Assembly: GCA_965214725.1 (NCBI GenBank)
Contig: OZ243973.1
Coordinates: 1,799,705 to 1,863,704 of the forward strand
Length of the DNA stretch: 64,000 nucleotides
Source: Dehalococcoidia bacterium
GTDB lineage: Bacteria; Chloroflexota; Dehalococcoidia; UBA6926
Direction: 5' to 3'
In this document: in pieces, positions 56,042 through 64,000 of the stretch
How positions within the stretch are numbered: the stretch's first letter is position 1
Layout: each line of letters begins with the position of its first letter
Translations under genes and position numbers: made by a program
Notes under the pieces: generated by a model
What the model was told of the DNA's origin: nothing
Seen by the model: the letters and a program-made list of their open reading frames with translations, nothing else
The model's database searches: none

Positions 56042-57061
56042 ATGCATGCCGCACTCACATCCTCTCGCCGCGTCCGCATTCTGCCCGCCACGCTCCTCGC
56101 TCTCGTGGCAATCCTTCTCTTGGGGTGCGTTGAACGACTAGACGGCGCCGGCGTCCCGGGGGTGCCCGATGGTTTCGGCGAGCGTGTTCCCGACATGCCG
56201 CTCAGCGGGTATATCTATGTCAGGCCCCCCGGCGATGATGCAGTCGTCAGCATCAACACGAACCTACGCCAGCGTGACGGCTCAACCATCCCCTGGACGG
56301 CTGAGGCACGCTCGGTCTCCTTATGGATTGGTCTGGAAGATCCGCAGCAGGACTCCATGACAACGACGGTTCGGTTTTCCTTTGACGATGAGCGGGATGC
56401 GCTGTCCGCATACGAGGCGCTCTCCCAAGTCGACGCGGGCGGCGCCGCGTGGGCGCGTCGTGACGGGCGCCATGCAGAGATTGTCATCGGCGAGCAGACG
56501 CAGGTCGATGCCATGCGCGGCGTCCTGAATGAGAACCGCTTTGTGCCGGATCAAGGGCTTGCCCGGACAGGGATGTGGCGCAATGCCCTCAAACTCCCGC
56601 AGGCGCCCCCCAAGCCGGTTGTCGCGGCTGGATTCACGCAGGCTCCGCCCGAGCGCATGAGCGAGATCCTGCAGTGGCTGGCAGGGCAGGGCATTATCGA
56701 CCTTACGCAATTCAGTGGGATGTTCGAGACAATGCAGCTCGATAATGCCGTCTTTGCCGTGTACGGCGACTCCATCCCGCCGCTGAGCGACGACACAACC
56801 CCGCGAGAATTGGCAGACCATGGCCTCACGGGACTGGCTATCGTCCGCACAGGCATTCCTGCCCCCCTCGTCTCGTGGGGATTCAATGTTGAGGCTCTTC
56901 GGGCCGGCCTGGATCGCGTTGAATCTCCGAACGGACGCTATTTCCGCTACGAGAGCGAGGATGCCGTTGTGCTCGCTCAGGTCAGGCGGGGTGATATACA
57001 GGTTGCTGCGTCGGCCAGCCCCGAAGAGGCAATCCACATCCTTGAACTGATACCAAACTGA
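56042..57061 (+). CDS. Hypothetical lipoprotein.
   Basis: A signal peptide plus an LLGC lipobox (LLALVAILLLGC) are present. Confidence 0.55.
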   Translation: MHAALTSSRRVRILPATLLALVAILLLGCVERLDGAGVPGVPDGFGERVPDMPLSGYIYVRPPGDDAVVSINTNLRQRDGSTIPWTAEARSVSLWIGLEDPQQDSMTTTVRFSFDDERDALSAYEALSQVDAGGAAWARRDGRHAEIVIGEQTQVDAMRGVLNENRFVPDQGLARTGMWRNALKLPQAPPKPVVAAGFTQAPPERMSEILQWLAGQGIIDLTQFSGMFETMQLDNAVFAVYGDSIPPLSDDTTPRELADHGLTGLAIVRTGIPAPLVSWGFNVEALRAGLDRVESPNGRYFRYESEDAVVLAQVRRGDIQVAASASPEEAIHILELIPN

Positions 57062-57076
57062 TACTCGCGTGGGGGC

Positions 57077-58009
57077 GTGGCCGTTCAAGTGCGCGCCACA
57101 AAACCGCTAGAATGGACGGGTGGCGATGCGACGCTCCGACCCGCATCACTGACCAGCATGGGAGAGGGGAGAATAGTGACTCAGCCCGAAATGAATGACC
57201 AGGCCCGCGCTCGGCTCGGCTCCATGATGAAAACGTGGGAACGCCGCAAGAAAATCGCCGAGCATCTCAACCAAATTCAGTATCGCGTCGCCGTGTACAG
57301 CGGCAAGGGCGGGGTTGGCAAGACGACCGTCGCCGTGAACTTGGCCGTTGCCCTCGCTCAGATGGGGCACTCTGTTGGCCTGCTAGATGCAGATATCGAC
57401 TGCCCGAACGCCGACAAACTCCTCGGTGTGACGGAGCGTCCACGCTATGTGGATGGGGTTCTACATCCGCCGCAGCGCGCCGGCGTGAAAACCATCTCCA
57501 TGGCCTCCTTCCAGGAGAACGAGGAAGAGGCCATCATCTGGCGCGGGCCGATGGTGACCAATGCCATCAACCAGTTTCTTGAGATGACTGAGTGGGGCGA
57601 CCTCGAATATCTGGTTGTCGATCTCCCGCCCGGCACGTCTGACGCGCCGCTCACAATCATGCAGACGCTTCAGCTGCACGGGTTCGTTGTCGTGACAACA
57701 CCGCAGGATCTGGCCGTCATGGACGCCAAGCGCTCCATCAACATGATCAAGAAGATGAACATTGATATCCTCGGCGTTGTTGAGAACATGTCCGGGGACA
57801 TCTTTGGCAAAGGCGGCGGCGAGCATCTCGCGAGTGATCTGGACGTTCCGTTCCTCGGCAGACTTGAACTCTCGCGGGATTTCAGTGACATCGGCGCAGA
57901 CCTTGCCGTGATCAAGCACAAGAAGGCGCAGAAGCGGTATCAGGAGATTGCGGGGGGCATGATCAGCCGCGTGCAGGAAGTGACGCCGGCAGCCCAGATC
58001 GCCTCCTGA
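57077..58009 (+). CDS. mrp: Mrp/ApbC-family Fe-S cluster carrier ATPase. The start is uncertain.
   Basis: VAVYSGKGGVGKTTVAVNLA is a deviant Walker A. A CPNAD-like Cys is present. Confidence 0.82.
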   Translation: MAVQVRATKPLEWTGGDATLRPASLTSMGEGRIVTQPEMNDQARARLGSMMKTWERRKKIAEHLNQIQYRVAVYSGKGGVGKTTVAVNLAVALAQMGHSVGLLDADIDCPNADKLLGVTERPRYVDGVLHPPQRAGVKTISMASFQENEEEAIIWRGPMVTNAINQFLEMTEWGDLEYLVVDLPPGTSDAPLTIMQTLQLHGFVVVTTPQDLAVMDAKRSINMIKKMNIDILGVVENMSGDIFGKGGGEHLASDLDVPFLGRLELSRDFSDIGADLAVIKHKKAQKRYQEIAGGMISRVQEVTPAAQIAS

Positions 58010-58032
58010 TCGGGTTGACCAGCGCGGGGTGA

Positions 58033-61002
58033 TCAGGCGTCGTCCAACTCGTCTGATGCGTCGCTTCGCGTGCGTCTGATACCACGCCCGGCCGTCTCTG
58101 CCGGCGCATTTGGAATCTCCGCCCCGGCCAGCCCCTCTTCAACGAGCCTGTCACGCAGCCGGGCCGCCCGCGGGTAGCCGATTCCGAGCCGCCTCTGCAA
58201 CAGGGACGTCGAGACCTTACCCTTATAGATGTCTGCAAGCTCACGGGCCTGCTCCATGATGTCATCCCCGCCGGAGCCGTTGCGCCGTGTGCCGTTCATT
58301 TCACCCGCGCCGTCCGTGCCATTGCGCCCGCGTGACTGCAGGCCGATGTCCTCCGGCTGCACAAGCTCAGGCAGCTCCGGCGGCACATAGCCCCTTGATT
58401 GGGCCCGCCATGCATCCACCACGGCGTCAGACTCATGCGACGAGATGAACGCGCTCTGGATCCGAACAGGGCGGGCCGCATCCTGTGGCAGGTAGAGCAT
58501 ATCGCCACGTCCGAGCAGTTTCTCTGCCCCGGCGCCGTCCAAGATGGTCCGTGAATCGACCAGTGATGTCACCATGAAACTGACGCGCGTCGGGAAATTC
58601 GCCTTGATCAGGCCTGTGATGACATTCACTGATGGGCGCTGTGTTGCGACAACCAGGTGGATGCCCGTTGCTCGCCCCATCTGTGCCAGCCGGACGAGGC
58701 CTGTTTCCACAGTCTTGCCTGATGTCATCATCAGGTCTGCCAACTCATCAACAATCACAACCAGATAGGGCATACGCTTGCCCTCGCCTGCGCGCTCGTT
58801 GTATGACGTGATGTCACGCGCCCCCTCCTGTGCGAGCAGTTCCAGGCGGTCCTCCATCTGCTGTACCGACCATTGGAGGGCGTTGACGACCCGCTGTGTG
58901 TCAACAATGACGGGGGTAATGAGGTGGGGGATGCCGTTATAGATGGTCAACTCGACGCGCTTTGGATCGATCATGACAAACCGGAGATCCTCCGGCGTCG
59001 CGTGGGTAATCAAGCTCGTAATGAGGCTGTTGACGAAAACACTCTTGCCGCTGCCGGTTGAGCCGGCCACCAGCAGGTGTGGCATACGGGCAAGGTCCGC
59101 AACGACGGCCTCGCCGCCGCTCCCCTTGCCGAGCGGGAACGCCAGCTTGCTCTTGCCGCGCGCCTTGAGGTACGGCTCGCTCTCGAGTTGCGGGCGCATG
59201 TAGACGGTTTCCGGGGTCAGATTCGGAACCTCAACGCCCACCAGGTTCGTGCCGGGGATCGGCTCAATGCGCACGCTGGCCGCCTTGAGTTGGAGTGCGA
59301 GATCGTCATCGAGTTTCGCAATTGCATCCACCTTGACGCGCGTTCGCCCAACCTCCTGGCGCTTGGTGACAAACTCGCCGTCCTCATTGCGCTCCCGAAC
59401 GCTGCGGTAACGCCTGTCCCAGCCGGGGCGCACACCATACAGCGTGACGGTCGGGCCGGGCCGCACCTCTGTGACTTCAACCTCGATGCCGTACTCCTGC
59501 AGGGTTTCCTGAATTGCCTCCGCCGTTTCCAGATGAGATTCGGTGTCCACCTCGGTTGGCGGCTGTTCATCAAATAGCTTGAATGAGGGGAATTTCCATG
59601 ACACTTTCGGGAGACCCGCGAACGGATCAAGCGAGTTGAGCAGGGCGCTGGCACTGCGTGGGAGTGCAGGATCGACAGGCTCGTCATCCTGGTCCTCGTC
59701 CTCGGACGCGCTTTCCTCAACGTCCGCCGGCTCATCCACCGTGGAATCCCAGGTGGGTGTGGCGCTGACTATTGTGTCACTCGCGTCTGCCTCAAACTCA
59801 TCCTCAGGCTGCTCAAACTCCTCAGTCTCCACGCTGAAATCGTCGTCTTCTGCGCCGTCATCGATGATGGCGAGCGGGTCGCGCATCAACATCTCGTCGA
59901 GTTCATCGGAATCGATTCCCGCGCCCTCGCCGTGCATGTCTGTATTGGCAGGAAAGTGCGCTGCGTAGTCCTCACTCGTGCTCAGCCCGGGAGGCGGAAC
60001 GGGGAGGATTGGCCGCTCCTCGACGGCTGTTGCGCTGTCGTGCCCGTGATCTCCGACAGATTCAGTTTCCGCGGGGCGGTCAAGGACCTCGGTTGTTGCG
60101 GCTCCTCCGCCGACGTAGCGCTGGCGCAGTGCGCGGGTTGCGTTGTCCACGTCGGCGTCCGCCGGAACACCGGGCATGATAATGCGGGGACGCTGTCCCG
60201 CCGCCTCTTTCGTGGCTTGCCTCTCCTGCTCGAGCCGGCGCTGCTGATCGCGTACAACACCAACCGGCTCCGGATACGTTGGCCGCGCGGCCCCGCGTGT
60301 CGGTTCCGGCACAAAGATGCGTGTGCGCGGAACGGGGGGATCATCCAATCGAATCGGGTCCGGCTCGCGCACCGGAGCCTCATCGAGGGGCTCATCAGTG
60401 CCGTCAAGGCCTGCATCGGCACCTCGCGTCAGCTCGTCGAACGGGTCAATACCGGTGCCGGCGAAACGCGGCTTTGCGCGTTCGCTGTCTGACAGCATCC
60501 CCGTGAGAACGCCATATGGAAGAACAAGCGCGATGGCGATGATCATGAGGCCGGCCATCAGTCCAATCAGCATCAGATCCGAGAAACCGCCGAGGTATCG
60601 GGACAGCTCGTTCTCCACCGGGATGCCCTGAATCTCTGTGACGTCCAAGAGGAGTAGAGTTGTCTGTGCCGCGCCCGCCCCCATCAGCGCCGCGAGCGCC
60701 CATCTCCAGATCCACAGGTTGGCGAGCCCAAAGATGCGGAACGCGACATACAGCGCAAGCAGGAGGGTAGGGGCGACGACGAGCCACAGGCCACCGTACT
60801 CCCACACAGGCGCAAGCCACTCTGTTAGGAGCGAGGGTTGCCAGACGGCCAGTGCGATAGCGCCGCCCGCGATTCCCAGCAGCACAACGAACGCAAGGAA
60901 ACGGAGTTTCCCGGACGTGTTGCTGGAGCTGGCGGCAGCCTCTTCAATATCGGCTGCGCTCGGTCTCTTGTAGGCGCGCCGAGGGACAGTTGTCTCAGCC
61001 AT
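58033..61002 (-). CDS. ftsK: DNA translocase FtsK/SpoIIIE.
   Basis: 989 aa. It has N-terminal TM segments and an acidic linker. The motor domain has Walker A GSTGSGKS. The C-terminal gamma wHTH (SLLQRRLGIGYPRAARLRDRL) is present. Confidence 0.93.
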   Translation of the reverse strand: MAETTVPRRAYKRPSAADIEEAAASSSNTSGKLRFLAFVVLLGIAGGAIALAVWQPSLLTEWLAPVWEYGGLWLVVAPTLLLALYVAFRIFGLANLWIWRWALAALMGAGAAQTTLLLLDVTEIQGIPVENELSRYLGGFSDLMLIGLMAGLMIIAIALVLPYGVLTGMLSDSERAKPRFAGTGIDPFDELTRGADAGLDGTDEPLDEAPVREPDPIRLDDPPVPRTRIFVPEPTRGAARPTYPEPVGVVRDQQRRLEQERQATKEAAGQRPRIIMPGVPADADVDNATRALRQRYVGGGAATTEVLDRPAETESVGDHGHDSATAVEERPILPVPPPGLSTSEDYAAHFPANTDMHGEGAGIDSDELDEMLMRDPLAIIDDGAEDDDFSVETEEFEQPEDEFEADASDTIVSATPTWDSTVDEPADVEESASEDEDQDDEPVDPALPRSASALLNSLDPFAGLPKVSWKFPSFKLFDEQPPTEVDTESHLETAEAIQETLQEYGIEVEVTEVRPGPTVTLYGVRPGWDRRYRSVRERNEDGEFVTKRQEVGRTRVKVDAIAKLDDDLALQLKAASVRIEPIPGTNLVGVEVPNLTPETVYMRPQLESEPYLKARGKSKLAFPLGKGSGGEAVVADLARMPHLLVAGSTGSGKSVFVNSLITSLITHATPEDLRFVMIDPKRVELTIYNGIPHLITPVIVDTQRVVNALQWSVQQMEDRLELLAQEGARDITSYNERAGEGKRMPYLVVIVDELADLMMTSGKTVETGLVRLAQMGRATGIHLVVATQRPSVNVITGLIKANFPTRVSFMVTSLVDSRTILDGAGAEKLLGRGDMLYLPQDAARPVRIQSAFISSHESDAVVDAWRAQSRGYVPPELPELVQPEDIGLQSRGRNGTDGAGEMNGTRRNGSGGDDIMEQARELADIYKGKVSTSLLQRRLGIGYPRAARLRDRLVEEGLAGAEIPNAPAETAGRGIRRTRSDASDELDDA

Positions 61003-61057
61003 AGCGCAGTTATTTTAGACCAATTTCGAAAAATCGTCCAATTGTGGCCGAATGACG

Positions 61058-62017
61058 TCATTCGGTGGCGGCGTTGGAGAGGGCCTCCTCGAGGATCGCG
61101 CGCGCCTGCTCCGCCATGTCCGGCCGCCGCAGCGCAAACGCCGCTGCCGCCCGCAGATGTCCCAGCGGGGTGCCGGCATCGTAGCGGACTCCATCAAAGG
61201 CGAATGCGAATGTGGGGACACCCTCCCTGCGCAGAATCTCCATCGCATCGGTAACCTGGATCTCATTCTTTGCGCCCGGGGGCGTCCGCCGGATCGCATC
61301 AAAGAGCGTCGGCAGAAAGATGTAGCGACCAACAATGCCGAGGTCAGACGGCGCGTCGGCAGGGGCCGGTTTCTCGACCAATCCACGCACCGGAAAGAGA
61401 TTGCCGCTTCCCGGCACGGCAGGGTCAACGTCGACAACACCATACGCGGAGATGGCATCTCCCTCCACGCGCTCCACGCCGACGTGCGTTCCGGGATGGC
61501 TGTGAAACGCGGCTGCCATCTGTGCGAGGACGGGCGTGTCGGCTTGAACGATGTCGTCAGGCAGGATAACGGCGAACGGCTCATCACCCACGGCATCCGC
61601 CGCCTGAAGGATAGCGTGTCCGAGACCGAGCGGCTCCGTCTGGTGCGTGATGGTAATAGAGAGGGAGTCCATGAGCTGCCGGATCTGCGGCGCGGCAGGG
61701 TGATCTCCAAGCGCCAAGGCAAGCTCTTCGCCGCGCAGTGTCACATAGTTTTCCATGACTGCCTTGCCGGGGGCGCTGACGAGAATGACCTCCGTCAACC
61801 CGGAGTTGGCAGCCTCCTCTAGCGCAAAGAACAGCATGGGGCGGTCGAGTATCGGCAGGATCTCTTTGGGCATGGCGAGGGTGGCAGGCAGGAATCTGGT
61901 TCCTCGTCCGCCCGCGACGATGACTGCCTTTCGCAGCGTCCCGTGTTGTTGGTTCATTTCCGCCTCCCGACTCCCATCCGCTCCTGCGCCCTCACTACCT
62001 GCAATGTATTCAGACAA
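61058..62017 (-). CDS. galU: UTP--glucose-1-phosphate uridylyltransferase.
   Basis: KAVIVAGGRGTRFLPATLAMPKEILPI. Confidence 0.88.
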   Translation of the reverse strand: MSEYIAGSEGAGADGSREAEMNQQHGTLRKAVIVAGGRGTRFLPATLAMPKEILPILDRPMLFFALEEAANSGLTEVILVSAPGKAVMENYVTLRGEELALALGDHPAAPQIRQLMDSLSITITHQTEPLGLGHAILQAADAVGDEPFAVILPDDIVQADTPVLAQMAAAFHSHPGTHVGVERVEGDAISAYGVVDVDPAVPGSGNLFPVRGLVEKPAPADAPSDLGIVGRYIFLPTLFDAIRRTPPGAKNEIQVTDAMEILRREGVPTFAFAFDGVRYDAGTPLGHLRAAAAFALRRPDMAEQARAILEEALSNAATE

Positions 62018-62261
62018 AGCAAAGGGGGCTCAGCCAAAGCCGAGCCCCCTTTCCCAGTCGCCAAGTCAACACCATGGCGCCTGGCGCTGGGTTAGCCTCT
62101 GCTCACCTCATCAATTGAACTAAGCTCCGGCTGTTTAGGTAAAGACATGCGTCAAGCCACCTCCTTTCGCCTCAAGATGCTCTCAGTATATAACACGTTT
62201 CAGGGCAGCGCGGCGCGTTATGGCAGGCGGCGGAGACTCGGGTAACGGGCGAGGTGAGGGC

Positions 62262-63599
62262 TTAGTCCTCCGCGGCCGGCGCTCCGCCCACAAATCTCAG
62301 GAGGGAATAGCCGATGATGGCCGCCGCCACGGACGCGCCGAATATCCCCATCTTGGCCTGTGTGACCAAAGCGGGGTCGTCAAATGCGATGCCTGAAATA
62401 AAGATCGCCACCGTGAATCCGATGCCAGCCAGGAAAGCAGCGCCAAGGATGTGTGGCCACGTGACGTTTGGCGGGAGCTGTCCGATGCCAACCCTCACCG
62501 CAACCCACGTGACACTCAAAATGCCGAGCGAGTTGCCCACCAAAAGGCCGAGAACGATGCCGATGGTGATGCTGCTCTCAAATGCCGCCGAGAGGGTGTC
62601 CGATGTGATGGTGATGCCTGCGTTGGCAAGCGCAAAGAGTGGGAGAATCGCAAGGCTCACCCATGGATGCACCTTCGTTTCGAATCGCTCCATCGGCGAC
62701 TCCATGCTCTGGGTGAGCCTCTCGGTTTCCTCAAGGACAACCTCGACGTGCTCTTCATCACCGTTCTCGACTGCAAGGGCGTAATCATGTGACAGATTCT
62801 CCATCGAGGTGGCGTAGTCGCTGCGACTGAGTCGTGAGCCGGCAGGCACGAGCGCGGCGAGCAGGACGCCGGCGATGGTGGCGTGGACGCCCGACTCCAG
62901 GAAGAGATACCACACGAGGAAACCGAGGGAGATATAGAGAAGCAGGGACCGAATTCCGACACGGAGGCAGACCGCCATGACAGCCAGAAGAGCCATTGCC
63001 ATGCCGAGGCTTTCCCAATGGATGGAGTCTGTGTAGAACACGGCAATCACCGTGATTGCGCCCAGGTCATCAACGACGGCGAGTCCAAGCAGGAAGACCC
63101 TGAGTTCGCTCGGAATGCGCTTTCCGAGTAGGGCGAGAACGCCGAGCGCAAAGGCGATATCGGTCGCCATCGGGATGCCCCACCCGACGGTGCCATCCCC
63201 GGAGGAATTGAGCGCAAAATAGATGAGCGCGGGTGTTGCCATGCCGCCCGCCGCGGCCATGATGGGGAGGGAGGCGCGCCTGACGCCGGACAACTCGCCG
63301 TGGAGCAGTTCCCGCTTAATCTCAAGGCCCACCACAAAGAAAAAGATGGCCATAAGGCCGTCATTCACCAGATGCTTTAGGTCCTCTGAGATGGTGATGA
63401 TTGGCGTTTCAAGGAGGAGCTTGGTGTGCCAGAAACTATCGTATGAATCCGACCACGGTGAATTGACCCAGATGAGGGCGGCGGCCGCCGCCGCCAAGAG
63501 GATGAGTGCGCCAACCTCTTCCGTATGGATGAAACGCTGAACGGGCCCGTGTAGTTGGTAAACCCGATAGGGCAACGAGCGCGTTGATTCTGACGACAT
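62262..63599 (-). CDS. nhaA: Na+/H+ antiporter NhaA.
   Basis: 445 aa and polytopic. NhaA-family motifs are present (PMATDIAFALGVLALLG, LLGLAVVDDLGAI). Confidence 0.88.
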   Translation of the reverse strand: MSSESTRSLPYRVYQLHGPVQRFIHTEEVGALILLAAAAAALIWVNSPWSDSYDSFWHTKLLLETPIITISEDLKHLVNDGLMAIFFFVVGLEIKRELLHGELSGVRRASLPIMAAAGGMATPALIYFALNSSGDGTVGWGIPMATDIAFALGVLALLGKRIPSELRVFLLGLAVVDDLGAITVIAVFYTDSIHWESLGMAMALLAVMAVCLRVGIRSLLLYISLGFLVWYLFLESGVHATIAGVLLAALVPAGSRLSRSDYATSMENLSHDYALAVENGDEEHVEVVLEETERLTQSMESPMERFETKVHPWVSLAILPLFALANAGITITSDTLSAAFESSITIGIVLGLLVGNSLGILSVTWVAVRVGIGQLPPNVTWPHILGAAFLAGIGFTVAIFISGIAFDDPALVTQAKMGIFGASVAAAIIGYSLLRFVGGAPAAED

Positions 63600-63628
63600 T
63601 CCTTAATCTAGCACTTTGTACGGCCCGC

Positions 63629-64000
63629 CTATGTCAAACCGTCTGAGCAGACGATGCGTATGACTTCGACTGCGGGTGTGGGGGTAGGTTCCGCGATGTC
63701 CGGTGGGTTGAGACGGTAGCGCTCCCGCAGCGCGTGAAGCCTAGTTAGCAGCGCGTCCCCCTGTAGGCCCAGGGTCTGAATATCGGACAGGGCGGTCTGA
63801 ACTTGGGGTGAGACGTTGGAGGTGAAAATACGCCGCAGCACGCCAATCTCCGTGAGTCTCTGCTGGTCATCCGGTGATTCCTTGGACAGTATGGTGAACT
63901 GGCGAGACACGTAGCGCCGCGTGCGCGTGTCCCGAGGACGCCTCGCCCTGCCCAGACGTTGAGCGAACTCTGTTCGAAACCGATCAAATGCGGCCATCAC
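63629..64000 (-). CDS. Hypothetical protein. Its N-terminus is at the window edge and may continue beyond it.
   Basis: The frame is open to the last base of the window. It is basic with no motif. Confidence 0.4.
   Translation of the reverse strand: MMAAFDRFRTEFAQRLGRARRPRDTRTRRYVSRQFTILSKESPDDQQRLTEIGVLRRIFTSNVSPQVQTALSDIQTLGLQGDALLTRLHALRERYRLNPPDIAEPTPTPAVEVIRIVCSDGLT

Noticed and set aside
56321-57088. 255-aa minus-strand ORF antisense to the lipoprotein gene.
   Set aside because: It has no RBS or motif. The sense-strand gene has a signal peptide and a lipobox.

Overview
This window is a high-GC (roughly 60-65% by eye) bacterial chromosomal segment. The housekeeping content points to an aerobic lineage such as Chloroflexi/Thermomicrobia or Deinococcus-Thermus: a caa3-type oxidase, a CtaA-CtaB fusion, ccm system I and a single-chain GlyRS. 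That lineage call is an inference only. The layout is as follows.

(1) 1-5.6 kb holds three paralogous secreted Pro/Thr-repeat proteins. One has a C-terminal Calx-beta domain, one is a deletion derivative, and one is inverted.

(2) 6.2-21.2 kb looks like an accreted defence island. It is bounded by 48-nt direct repeats that resemble the 3' end of a tRNA. It contains a strong promoter driving a 206-aa unknown protein plus a 450-aa QueC-like PP-loop enzyme, a candidate novel system. It also contains an HTH-XRE/ImmA peptidase next to a PIN-like protein, and a complete type I RM operon (hsdM...hsdS-hsdR) with three co-transcribed unknown genes wedged between hsdM and hsdS, a second candidate novel system. 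A VapBC pair and an acidic unknown ORF sit upstream in the same long operon.

(3) 21.2-27.3 kb is a second islet. A LexA (GAAC-N4-GTTC) box lies inside a consensus promoter, followed by the imuB-dnaE2 mutasome and an SRAP/YedK gene. A decayed serine recombinase abuts an intact tRNA-Arg(CCG).

(4) 27.4-64 kb is core genome: CPA2 antiporter, YraN, two FmdB zinc ribbons, glyQS, an SbcD-like nuclease, a MoaD-MoaE fusion, the coxBACD operon with ctaG and ctaA-ctaB, ccmCBA-X-Y-ccmHFE, rpsP-KH-rimM, yebC-ruvC, an acyl-CoA dehydrogenase, VapBC, ruvA, an orphan PIN, uvrB, a lipoprotein, mrp, ftsK, galU and nhaA.

I found no CRISPR array and no rRNA gene.
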